Shown: in pieces, positions 1 through 8,590 of the stretch | How the letters are laid out: the number at the start of each line of letters is the position of its first letter | Numbering within the stretch: the first letter of the stretch is position 1 | From: Thermoanaerobaculia bacterium | Lineage (GTDB): Bacteria; Acidobacteriota; Thermoanaerobaculia; Gp7-AA8 | NCBI GenBank assembly: GCA_035629395.1 | Contig: DASPHZ010000079.1 | Location: 693 to 64,692 of the forward strand | Direction of reading: 5' to 3' | DNA: 64,000 nucleotides | The notes under the pieces: generated by a model | Databases searched by the model: none | What the model saw: the letters and a program-made list of their open reading frames with translations, nothing else | Told to the model about the DNA's origin: nothing | Translations under genes and position numbers: made by a program

Positions 1-1143
1 CTGGCGTTGTTCTGGGTCGGGCTCGTGTTGCTGACGTGGAGCGTGGAGCCGACGCGCGCGCAGGCGGGGCGTGCGGGTGTGGGCATCGGCTTGATCTTTT
101 TCTCGAACATCTGGAATCCGAAGTCGCCGCTGGAGGCCGTGCTCGCGGGTCTGTATTTCCTCTGGCTGGTGCGGAAGCAGTGGGTCGCGTTCGCGGCCGC
201 GATCGTCACCGGTGCGATCGCGCTCGTGCCGCTGTTCACGTTCACGACGCCGCGCGACTATTTCTTCTTCAACATCCGCCTGAAGGCGGATGCCGTTGCG
301 GACTATCTACTCAATCCGTGGGTCACGCGCTTCTTCGCGCGGTATCCGATGTGGGCGACTGCGTCGCCGCAGCATCGATGGTGGTGGATCGTTGCGGCGA
401 TCGTGCTCGCGATCATCGCCATGCGCGTCTGGAAGCCGGCCGACCGGCGCCTCGCGTGGATCGCGATCGTCCTCGCGATCTCCGCGCTCGTCGAGCTCCG
501 CTTCATCTATCCCTATCCGAATCTCTGGGCGCAGTACCTCACGTTGATCGCCACGACGGCCGCGCTCGTGTACGCGCTGCTCGCCGCGCTGCTGCCGGCG
601 CGGATCCAGTTCGCCGTCGCGATCGCCGCCGCTCTGGTGGCCATCGTGCCGCTGCAGCGGAAGGCGTTCACCGACGTGCCGCCGTCGTGGACTCGTTACT
701 GGAGCGCACAACGCGCGCTGCAGACCAGCCTCGGGCCGGAGGACCGCGTGTGGATCTCGCCACCGCGCCATCCCGTCGCCGCGTTCGACGCGTCGTACTA
801 CTGGTACAACTTCCGCGAGTCGACTCCGTCGGCGATCAAGCGGCAGGCGAGATATCCCGAGTTTCTGCCGCCGCTCGGTTTCCGCGACCTGCCGCCGTGC
901 CATCTCCGCGCGCGCTACATCGAGCTCGGCGACTGGATGCCGTTCCTCGGCGAGGTCTGCGCGTGCGCGCAGAACGCGTTCAACACGGGCAATCTCGCGC
1001 CCACGAAATCGATGGGGATTTTCGAAGTGACGCGCGTGCAGCGCGATGAGCCGTGGCTGCAGCGGACGCGCGGACTCTGGTCCGATCTCTGCCGGCGGCA
1101 GGAGGTGTTCCTGCGCGGCGGGCACTTGAACATCGCGCCCTGA
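1..1143 (+). CDS. polytopic membrane protein, 5' end probably outside window
   Basis: The frame is open to the window edge, with no stop upstream of the TTG at 7. Several hydrophobic helices are followed by a soluble Cys-containing C-terminal part. Third-position GC is high. I recognise no family. Confidence 0.55.
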   Translation: MALFWVGLVLLTWSVEPTRAQAGRAGVGIGLIFFSNIWNPKSPLEAVLAGLYFLWLVRKQWVAFAAAIVTGAIALVPLFTFTTPRDYFFFNIRLKADAVADYLLNPWVTRFFARYPMWATASPQHRWWWIVAAIVLAIIAMRVWKPADRRLAWIAIVLAISALVELRFIYPYPNLWAQYLTLIATTAALVYALLAALLPARIQFAVAIAAALVAIVPLQRKAFTDVPPSWTRYWSAQRALQTSLGPEDRVWISPPRHPVAAFDASYYWYNFRESTPSAIKRQARYPEFLPPLGFRDLPPCHLRARYIELGDWMPFLGEVCACAQNAFNTGNLAPTKSMGIFEVTRVQRDEPWLQRTRGLWSDLCRRQEVFLRGGHLNIAP

Positions 1144-1244
1144 CGCTACCGAACCGTCACCGCCGGCGCGGCGCCGAGTTCCTATCCTCGGTGCATGCTC
1201 TTCCGGATTGCTTGCGTGCTGCTGGCACTGCGTATCTGATCCTG

Positions 1245-1691
1245 ATGCAACAGGGACAGGCGGAGGCGGTCGCCCGTCGGATCGACGAACCGGAAGGGAA
1301 ACGATTGCTTCGCTTCCTCGCCGGGGGAGCTCCCGTCACGCGCGCGGACGTCGTCGCGATGCTGCGCGGCTGGCAGTACCGCTCGGTCTCCGATCGGGCG
1401 TTCGCCGAGTGGCGGCGCAACACCGCGCCCGTGGCCGATGTCGACGACTGGGACGAGGAGAGCCATTCCCTCACGCTGCATGCCCTCGAGTACTTCGACG
1501 CGAAGCTCAATCGCGGTGAGGTCCCGCTCGCGAAGAATCCGTGTGTCGCGCTTCTCCGCACGCGCGTGGTGCCGTTGTTCCTCCAGGCGCTCGGCCCGCG
1601 CGTGCTGTCCGAGGAGCGGATGGAGGAGCTCGATCGCGAGATGAACGAGATCGAAAACGAGATGGAAGAGGCGAGGGAGGGCTGTTCGTAG
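1245..1691 (+). CDS. hypothetical protein (acidic C-terminal coiled segment)
   Basis: ATG at 1245 inside ORF 1053..1691. The upstream part of that ORF is Arg/Ala-rich and overlaps the previous gene. Codon bias is coding-like. Confidence 0.5.
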   Translation: MQQGQAEAVARRIDEPEGKRLLRFLAGGAPVTRADVVAMLRGWQYRSVSDRAFAEWRRNTAPVADVDDWDEESHSLTLHALEYFDAKLNRGEVPLAKNPCVALLRTRVVPLFLQALGPRVLSEERMEELDREMNEIENEMEEAREGCS

Positions 1692-1708
1692 TATCTTTTG
1701 ATACTACG
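1687..1708. promoter_or_regulatory. perfect 9-4-9 inverted repeat CGTAGTATC-TTTT-GATACTACG, candidate TrmB operator or hairpin
   Basis: Read directly from the sequence. It overlaps the TAG stop of the upstream gene and ends 2 nt before the ATG (1710) of the TrmB-family gene. The TATC-N4-GATA core resembles archaeal TrmB-type sites. Confidence 0.55.
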
Positions 1709-1709
1709 A

Positions 1710-2573
1710 ATGACGACACCCCTCCTCCCCACCCTTCACGACCTCGGCTTTTCGGAGCTCGAGGCCGAGGTTTACGTGCATGTGGTCGCGCATCCGCCGA
1801 TGACGGCGTATCGCATCGCGCGCGAGATCGGCAAGCAGACGCCGAACGTGTACAAGGCCGTGGAGGCGCTCGCGCGCCGCGGCGCGCTGATCGTCGAGGA
1901 AGGGGAGCATCGCCTCTGCCGCGCCGTCCCCATCGCCGACTTTTTCCGGCGCACCGAAGAGGCCTTCCTCGGCAGGACGCGCGCGGCGGAGGAGATGCTC
2001 GCGCAACTGCAGCCGCAAACCTTCGACGAGCGCGTGTACCGCCTCGAGACGGCGGAGGACGTGTTCGCGCGCTGCCGGCAGTTGCTCGAGCGGAACGCGA
2101 AACGCGTCGCCGTCGTCGACGCCTTTCCCGCGGCGCTGGCGGAGGTGCTGCCGTCGATCAGGCGCGCGGTGAAGCGCGGCATCGCCGTGTACGTCGAGGC
2201 CTATGAGGAAATCGAGATCCAGGGCGCATCCGTCGCGTTCGCGAAAGGCATCTCCACCGCGCCCGAGCAGTGGGGGAGCCAGCAGTTGAACGTCGTCGTC
2301 GATGGACGCGAGCACGTCGCGGCGCTGCTGAGCAATGATCTGCGGGTCGTCTTTCAGGCGGTGTGGAGCGAGAGCCGGTATCTCTCGCTGTTGCTCCACA
2401 GCGGCCGTCTTTGCGAGCACACGCTGACGCGGCTCATGGCGTCGTACGCGCGGCGCGAGCCGGAATCGGCGCGCAAGCGCATCCTCGACGAGCACCCGTT
2501 CTTTCTCAAAAGCGACATCCCCGGACAGCGCGAGCTGCTCGCACGCCATCTGCCGAAGGAGAAGAAACGTTGA
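1710..2573 (+). CDS. TrmB-family transcriptional regulator
   Basis: The N-terminus LHDLGFSELEAEVYVHVVAHPPMTAYRIAREIGKQTPNVYKAVEALARRGAL is a typical TrmB winged HTH. ATG at 1710 is preferred over TTG at 1698. Confidence 0.8.
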   Translation: MTTPLLPTLHDLGFSELEAEVYVHVVAHPPMTAYRIAREIGKQTPNVYKAVEALARRGALIVEEGEHRLCRAVPIADFFRRTEEAFLGRTRAAEEMLAQLQPQTFDERVYRLETAEDVFARCRQLLERNAKRVAVVDAFPAALAEVLPSIRRAVKRGIAVYVEAYEEIEIQGASVAFAKGISTAPEQWGSQQLNVVVDGREHVAALLSNDLRVVFQAVWSESRYLSLLLHSGRLCEHTLTRLMASYARREPESARKRILDEHPFFLKSDIPGQRELLARHLPKEKKR

Positions 2574-3112
2574 ATCCCGAGCTCCGCTCCACGCTCTTCA
2601 AAGTTCTCATTCCGCTGCTCGGGATCCTCATCCCGCTCGTCGTGGCGAAGGTGCGCGGGTTCTCCCTGCGCGAATTCTTCGGGTTCCACAAGCCGGCGGG
2701 GCGTTTGTTCGCGCTGTTCCTCGCGCTGTGGGTCATGTGGATGGCGCTGACCGAGGTCGTGCTGCACTGGCTCGATCCGTCCGGGAACCCGAACTGGCCG
2801 CCGTATCCGATGCTCGTCATCGTGCTGCGCATCCTCGCCATCGGCATCCTCGGTCCGATCATGGAGGAACTGATCTTCCGCGGCGTGATCTACGGCAAGC
2901 TCTCGCGGCGCATCGGCGTCCCCGCGACGATCATCGCCATCGCCATCGCGTGGACCCTCCTCCACTTCCGCTACGACTGGACGAACCTGACCGTGGTCTT
3001 CGTCGACGGCCTCTGGTTCGGCTACGCGCGTCACAAGACGGGCTCGGTCTTCACGCCGATGGCCATGCACGTGATGGCGAACCTGTTCTCGATTTACCAG
3101 TCGCTGACGTGA
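2570..3112 (+). CDS. CPBP (CAAX/Abi-type) intramembrane metalloprotease
   Basis: Motifs EELIFRG, LLHF and AMHVMAN lie in a multi-TM protein. The TTG start at 2570 overlaps the TrmB stop, with AAGGAG upstream. Confidence 0.75.
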   Translation: MNPELRSTLFKVLIPLLGILIPLVVAKVRGFSLREFFGFHKPAGRLFALFLALWVMWMALTEVVLHWLDPSGNPNWPPYPMLVIVLRILAIGILGPIMEELIFRGVIYGKLSRRIGVPATIIAIAIAWTLLHFRYDWTNLTVVFVDGLWFGYARHKTGSVFTPMAMHVMANLFSIYQSLT

Positions 3113-3232
3113 TCCCTCGCGACGCCTGGAGGACTTTACGCACGCATTCCGGAAGGCGGCACAGTCGTTCCGCGACGGTTACGAAACTCCGTCCATCGTG
3201 ACGGGCGGCGGATCTGACGTTACAGTTACGGC

Positions 3233-4321
3233 ATGATCCGATCCATCGCCGCCGTGCTTTGCCTCGCTGCAGTGGCTCCCGTGTCGTCCGCGCAGGAGTC
3301 CGACATCGCGAAGGGGCTGAAGAACCTCGCTGAGATGCACCGCATCGCCAGCGCCATCGAACTGCGCCGCACGCTCGCGGGCACGACGCAGATGCGCCTC
3401 CCGCCCGATCCGTGGGGCACGCCGTACGACGTCCAGGAAACGACCAGCGGCTACCGCATCGTCTCCGCGGGCAGCGACCTCAAATTCGACGAGATGGTCG
3501 CGCTGACGAGCGAGCAGTTCGACGGCCTCGAAGGGGACATCGTCCTCGAAGACGGCAGGCTCGTGCGATCGAACCGCAACTGGCTCTACTCGCGCATCGC
3601 CGGCAACGCCGACGCCTCGCCGGCGCTCGAACAGTTGCGCCAGGCGGAGATCGACCACGCGGTCATGCGCATCCCGGCGATGAAGATGCTCACGGGCGTG
3701 AAGGCGACGGCGATGGCGATGCAGATGGTCGCCTCGTACATCGACCAGAACAAGACCGCGCCGCCGCCGGAGCTCTCGCGCGACGCGTGGGGCACGCCGC
3801 TGCGCATCGACCTCAATCCCGACGGCACGTATCGCATCGTCAGCGCCTCCGCCGACCGCAAGTTCGACGAGGAAAGCTGGACGCGTCCGCCCGCACCCAA
3901 CACGGGCGAGGACATCATCTTCGAGAACGGCAAGGTCACGCGGCAGGTCAACGAAGCGGAAGTGATGCGCACCGGCACGATCCGCGCGGCGGCGATCCCG
4001 CAGCCGCCCGACCCGTCGCTCGAAGGTGGACGCTGGCTGCGCGTGCGCGAAGGCATCACGGCACCGGTGCCGGTCCAGCGCGTCGAGCCGGTCTATCCCG
4101 ATGAGTACCGCCGCGCGCACGTCACCGGCATCGTCGTGCTCGAAGTGGCGATCTCCGAGAGCGGCACCATCGAAGACGTGTCGATCCTCAAGAGCCTCGC
4201 CCCCGGCCTCGACATGGCCGCCGCCGACGCGGTACGCAAGTGGACGTTCAAACCGGCCATGCAGGACGGCAAGCCGGTCCCCGTGCTCTTCAACCTGACG
4301 ATCAACTTCAAACTGAAGTGA
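3233..4321 (+). CDS. secreted protein with two GspG-pseudopilin-like repeats and a TonB C-terminal domain
   Basis: Signal peptide present. Two segments, DPWGTPYDV..YRIVSAGSDLKFDE and DAWGTPLRI..YRIVSASADRKFDE, resemble the T2SS G globular domain. The C-terminus VQRVEPVYPDEYRRAHVTGIVVLEVAISESGTIEDVSILKS...KWTFKPAMQDGKPV is a TonB_C domain. Confidence 0.75.
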   Translation: MIRSIAAVLCLAAVAPVSSAQESDIAKGLKNLAEMHRIASAIELRRTLAGTTQMRLPPDPWGTPYDVQETTSGYRIVSAGSDLKFDEMVALTSEQFDGLEGDIVLEDGRLVRSNRNWLYSRIAGNADASPALEQLRQAEIDHAVMRIPAMKMLTGVKATAMAMQMVASYIDQNKTAPPPELSRDAWGTPLRIDLNPDGTYRIVSASADRKFDEESWTRPPAPNTGEDIIFENGKVTRQVNEAEVMRTGTIRAAAIPQPPDPSLEGGRWLRVREGITAPVPVQRVEPVYPDEYRRAHVTGIVVLEVAISESGTIEDVSILKSLAPGLDMAAADAVRKWTFKPAMQDGKPVPVLFNLTINFKLK

Positions 4322-4520
4322 CGCCGGCCTTCGCGCCGGCTCACTTTGCTTTCGCGGGGTCGCCGCGTGATCACCGCCGATGGCTGCCGCAGGCGAGCCG
4401 CGGATTCGTCTGCAAGCGGGCCGTCGGTCAGGAACTCCTTCGGCGAAACGCGTGTCCTGGCCATGACGTACCCGGAATCAGCGATCGATCGCGGAATCGA
4501 GCACGCCGGAACGCCATAAA

Positions 4521-5444
4521 ATGAGCCGTATGCGACGTGTGTGGGTGCTCCTTCTCCTTCTCGCGTGCTCCGCGAACGCGGATTACCGCGAGTTTCTCGA
4601 TGCCGCGCCGGATCCGGCGATGGAGACGAAGCTGCGCATGGCGGCGGAGGCGACGCTGAAGGCGTTTCCGCGCATGAAGGCGGAGGACCTCGCCATCAGC
4701 GCGATCGACGTCACGCAGCCGCACATCACCTCGCGCGCGGACGTCAACGGCAACGCGCCGTTCTATCCCGCGTCGGTCATCAAGCTCTTCTTCATGGCCG
4801 ACGTGTACGCCACGAAGAAAGAGAAGATCGCCGACGTCGATCGCGCGTTGAAAGAGATGATCGTCGTCTCCGACAACGACGCCACCGCGTATCTCGTCGA
4901 CATCCTCGCCGGCACCGTCCCCGGTCCGCCGCTGGACGGATGGGCGCTGCAGCGCTACGTCGATCGCCGCCGCGCCATCAACCGCCGTTTCGAGAAGCTC
5001 GGCTACAAGGACAACGTCAGCGCGATGATGAAGCCGTGGTCGTTCGGACCGTTCGGCGTCGACCGGCAGGTCCTAGGCGAGAACCGCGTCAACCGCAACA
5101 AGCTGACCGCGAACGCGACCGCGTCGCTCCTCCTGTGGATCGTGCGCCGCCGCGCGCCGGGCTCGCACGAGATGATGGCGCTCCTGCATCGTCCGCTCGC
5201 ACCGCAGCGCGAGGAAGAGAATCAGGTCAAGGAGTTCATCGGGGAAGCGCTGCCGACCGGTGCGCTGCTCTGGTCGAAGGCCGGCTGGACGAGTGAGGTG
5301 CGCCACGATGCGGCGTACGTCGAGCTGCCCGGCGGACGCAAGCTCATCCTCGTCATCTTCACGCGCGGCACGGCCGACGACGTGACGCTCGTCCCGGCCA
5401 CGGCTCGCAACGTGATCGCGGAGCTCACATCGACGCCGCAGTAA
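4521..5444 (+). CDS. class A beta-lactamase-related serine hydrolase
   Basis: Signal peptide plus SVIK (SxxK), SDN and KAG motifs in the expected order. Confidence 0.7.
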   Translation: MSRMRRVWVLLLLLACSANADYREFLDAAPDPAMETKLRMAAEATLKAFPRMKAEDLAISAIDVTQPHITSRADVNGNAPFYPASVIKLFFMADVYATKKEKIADVDRALKEMIVVSDNDATAYLVDILAGTVPGPPLDGWALQRYVDRRRAINRRFEKLGYKDNVSAMMKPWSFGPFGVDRQVLGENRVNRNKLTANATASLLLWIVRRRAPGSHEMMALLHRPLAPQREEENQVKEFIGEALPTGALLWSKAGWTSEVRHDAAYVELPGGRKLILVIFTRGTADDVTLVPATARNVIAELTSTPQ

Positions 5445-5512
5445 GGGAAGTCGCCCGGGTCGCGCTCCGCCTCGGCATCACCGCATTCGGCGGACCCGCC
5501 GCGCACATCGCC

Positions 5513-6478
5513 ATGCTGCGCGAGGAAGTGGTCACGCGCCGCAAGTGGATGTCCGACGAAGAATTCGTCGACCTCCTCGGCGCGACGAATCTGATCCCCG
5601 GCCCGAACTCGACGGAGATGGTCCTGCACTGCGGCTTCGTGCGAGCCGGCTGGTGGGGATTCCTCGCGGGAGGTCTGTTCATCGTGCCCGCCGCGATCAT
5701 CGTCGCCGCGTGCGCATGGGCCTATGTCGCGTTCGGAAAAACGCCGGCCGCGGAGTGGATCCTCTACGGCATCAAGCCGGTGATCATCGCGGTCGTGGTC
5801 GACGCCATCGCCGGTCTGTTGCGCACGACGGTGAAAGGACCGCTGACCGGCACCCTCGCCCTTGCCGCGGTCGTGCTCTACCTGTCCGGCGTGAACGAGC
5901 TGGCCATTCTCTTCGGCGCGGGCGTGTTGATGATCGCGTTGCGCATGAAGACGCCGATGCTCGCGGTCACGCCCGAACTGCTCGGTCTCTTTTTCTCGTT
6001 TCTGAAAATCGGCGCGGTGCTCTACGGCAGCGGATACGTGCTGCTCGCGTTCATCCGTGGAGAGTTCGCGCTCACCGACCGGCAAATCCTCGATGCCGTG
6101 GCGATCGGCCAGTTCACCCCGGGGCCGCTCTTCACCACGGCGACGTTCGTCGGCTATCTGATCGGCAGTTGGCCGGGTGCGATCGTCGCGACGATCGCGA
6201 TCTTCCTTCCGTCGTTCGTCTTCGTCGCCATCACGAATCCGCTCGTGCCGCGCATGCGTCAGTCGCGGGTGATGAGCGCGTTGCTCGACGGCGTGAACGC
6301 CGCGGCGATCGGCCTCATGGCCGGCGTCACGTGGCAGCTCGGACGCAGCGCGGTCGTCGACTGGTTCACGGCGACGCTCGCGATCATCGCCGCGATCGTG
6401 CTCGTGCGCTGGAAGATCAACTCCGCCTGGCTCGTGCTCGCGGGCGCGCTGATCGCCGTCATCGTGCGGCTGTTCTAG
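5513..6478 (+). CDS. chrA: chromate transporter (CHR family); true start probably upstream at about 5429
   Basis: LLGATNLIPGPNSTEM and a multi-TM body. The conserved CHR N-terminus (REVARVALRLGITAFGGPAAHIA) is encoded in frame upstream of the first canonical start (see findings). Confidence 0.8.
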   Translation: MLREEVVTRRKWMSDEEFVDLLGATNLIPGPNSTEMVLHCGFVRAGWWGFLAGGLFIVPAAIIVAACAWAYVAFGKTPAAEWILYGIKPVIIAVVVDAIAGLLRTTVKGPLTGTLALAAVVLYLSGVNELAILFGAGVLMIALRMKTPMLAVTPELLGLFFSFLKIGAVLYGSGYVLLAFIRGEFALTDRQILDAVAIGQFTPGPLFTTATFVGYLIGSWPGAIVATIAIFLPSFVFVAITNPLVPRMRQSRVMSALLDGVNAAAIGLMAGVTWQLGRSAVVDWFTATLAIIAAIVLVRWKINSAWLVLAGALIAVIVRLF

Positions 6479-7703
6479 CGCGGCTGCCGAGCCACAGCAG
6501 CAGTGCGCCCAGCGCACACGCGGCCGGGCACACGAGCAGCGCGTAGCGCATCGATTCCGTGAAGTCGCTCAGTTTGCCGATGAGTGCCGAGCCGACGCCG
6601 TACGCGCTGACGTTCACGATCGAGAAGAAGACGCCGATCGCAAGGCCGCGCAGGTTCGGTCCCGCGATCTCCGTCACGTCCGCCGTTGCCGGGCCGACCC
6701 ACATGATCGCCAGTGCGTACAGCGCGACGTTCACCGCGACGACGAGCGCCAGATTGTCGAGATAGAGCAGCGCGATCCACAGCGGCACCGACAGCAGCGC
6801 CGCGCCGGCGGTGAACGTCATGCGTCCGCCCGGCAGTCTGCGGCTGATGCGATCGGAAAAGTAGCCGCCGAGGATCATGGCCGGAATGCCGATGACGACG
6901 GAGATGATGCCGGCCGCCATGCCGACGGTGAGGAGGCTCAGGCCATGCTCGCGGACGAAGAACGACGGACCCCAGATGCCGAGGTTGTTCGACGCCAGGC
7001 CGAGCAAGGCGTAACCGAGGAAGAGGTAGCGCAGCGGACGCGATTCGAAGATGAGCGACCAGTCCGTGCGCTGCTTGGCGGCCGGCGCGTCGAGCATGCC
7101 GCGCGCGGGCTCGCGCAGCAGGAACACGAGCACCGCCAGTGCGAGGCCGGGAAATCCAAGGAGGTAGAACGCCCAGCGCCAGCCGTACGACTGCCCGATC
7201 CAGCCGCCGAGGAAGAACGCCAGGCCGCCGCCGAGCGCGATCGCGGATGAATACGTCGCCTGCACGGTGCCGCGCATGCGTGAAGGAAAGTAGTCGCTGA
7301 GGAGTGACAGTGCCGCAGGACCGAGAGTCGCTTCGCCGACGCCGACCATCACGCGGCAGAGAAAGATCGTCCAGAAGCTGTCGCAGAAACCGGTGAGTCC
7401 GGAGAAGAGGCTCCACACCGCGAGGCCGCAGCCGATGATGACCTTACGCGACGTGCGATCGGCGAGGCGTCCGAAGGGGATGCCGAGGAGCGTGTAGAAG
7501 ATGACGAAGGACGTCGTGCCGAGCAGCGCGAGCTGCAGATCGGTGAACGCCATCTCCTTCTTGATCGGCGTGAAGAGGATGTAGATCAGCGTGCGGTCGA
7601 GAAAATTCAGCACGTAGACCGCGGTGAGCACGGCCAGCGCGTACCACGAATAGGAGGGGACTCGTTCCTGCGGCAGGGGCGTGCTCGTCATCGTCCTGGT
7701 CAT
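6459..7703 (-). CDS. MFS transporter
   Basis: 12-TM pattern, LNFLDRTLI and the GRLADRTSRK loop motif. Start taken at MTRTM; the upstream ATG at 7763 is also possible. Confidence 0.8.
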   Translation of the reverse strand: MTRTMTSTPLPQERVPSYSWYALAVLTAVYVLNFLDRTLIYILFTPIKKEMAFTDLQLALLGTTSFVIFYTLLGIPFGRLADRTSRKVIIGCGLAVWSLFSGLTGFCDSFWTIFLCRVMVGVGEATLGPAALSLLSDYFPSRMRGTVQATYSSAIALGGGLAFFLGGWIGQSYGWRWAFYLLGFPGLALAVLVFLLREPARGMLDAPAAKQRTDWSLIFESRPLRYLFLGYALLGLASNNLGIWGPSFFVREHGLSLLTVGMAAGIISVVIGIPAMILGGYFSDRISRRLPGGRMTFTAGAALLSVPLWIALLYLDNLALVVAVNVALYALAIMWVGPATADVTEIAGPNLRGLAIGVFFSIVNVSAYGVGSALIGKLSDFTESMRYALLVCPAACALGALLLWLGSRARTAAR

Positions 7704-7830
7704 CTCCTCGAGATCTTCTCGACCTGCGGGCGCGTAGTGTAATCGAGAGGTGTGCGCTATCATGCCTCGACGTCACGGCGGATTCGTCCCCACCGCGGCG
7801 CCAATCCAAATCGAGTCCCAGGGTTCCTGA

Positions 7831-8523
7831 ATGAAGCGACTGCTTTCCACTACGGCCGTTCTGTTCCTCGTCAGCTTTGCCGCGTCCGCCCGTGCGGCCG
7901 CTCCCTCCAGCGACTCTCTCAGTCAGACGCTGCTCCGCCAGGCTCCCGGCCTGCGCGCCAGCGTGTTGCGCATGGCGCTCGACGCCAGCGAGAACGCCGC
8001 GCAGCGCGGACTCGTGAAGCGCCGCGACATCCTCACGGTGATCGATTACTCGCTCCCGTCGTCGCAGCCGCGCCTCTTCGTGTTCAATCTCGCGACGCGC
8101 AAGCTGCTGTTCCGCGAGCTCGTCGCGCATGGCAAGAACAGCGGCGGCGATCGCACGACGTTCTTCTCGAACAGCCCCGGCAGTCTCGCGACGTCGATCG
8201 GTCTGTTCGTCACGGCCGACACGTACAACGGCGGCAACGGCTACTCGCTGCGTCTCAAGGGACTCGACGAAGGCTTCAACGACATGGCGTGGGATCGCCT
8301 GATCGTCATGCACGGCGCGTCCTACGTCTCCCGCACCGCCATCAACGCCCTCGGCCGCCTCGGCCGCAGTTGGGGATGCCCGGCAGTGCGCAAGGAAGTC
8401 GCGCGCAAGATCATCGACACCGTCCGCGGCGGCAGCGCCGTGTTCGCGTACTACCCGGAGAAGACCTGGCTCGCGACCTCGGAGTGGCTGCGCAAGAAGC
8501 AGGAGATGGCTTCCAGGGATTGA
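7831..8523 (+). CDS. L,D-transpeptidase catalytic-domain family protein (YkuD_2-like)
   Basis: Signal peptide, VAHGKNSG, and the motif GRSWGCPAV containing the catalytic Cys. Confidence 0.75.
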   Translation: MKRLLSTTAVLFLVSFAASARAAAPSSDSLSQTLLRQAPGLRASVLRMALDASENAAQRGLVKRRDILTVIDYSLPSSQPRLFVFNLATRKLLFRELVAHGKNSGGDRTTFFSNSPGSLATSIGLFVTADTYNGGNGYSLRLKGLDEGFNDMAWDRLIVMHGASYVSRTAINALGRLGRSWGCPAVRKEVARKIIDTVRGGSAVFAYYPEKTWLATSEWLRKKQEMASRD

Positions 8524-8547
8524 CGCTCCCCCCAACGATGGGGAGCG
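8524..8547 (+). terminator. 8-bp stem hairpin between convergent genes
   Basis: CGCTCCCC-ccaacgat-GGGGAGCG lies immediately after the stop at 8521-8523. A second GGGCC/GGCCC hairpin follows. There is no clear T-run. Confidence 0.4.
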
Positions 8548-8590
8548 GGCCGGGGTGAGCGGCCCGTGACTCTGCGCTAACCCCTCCCCC

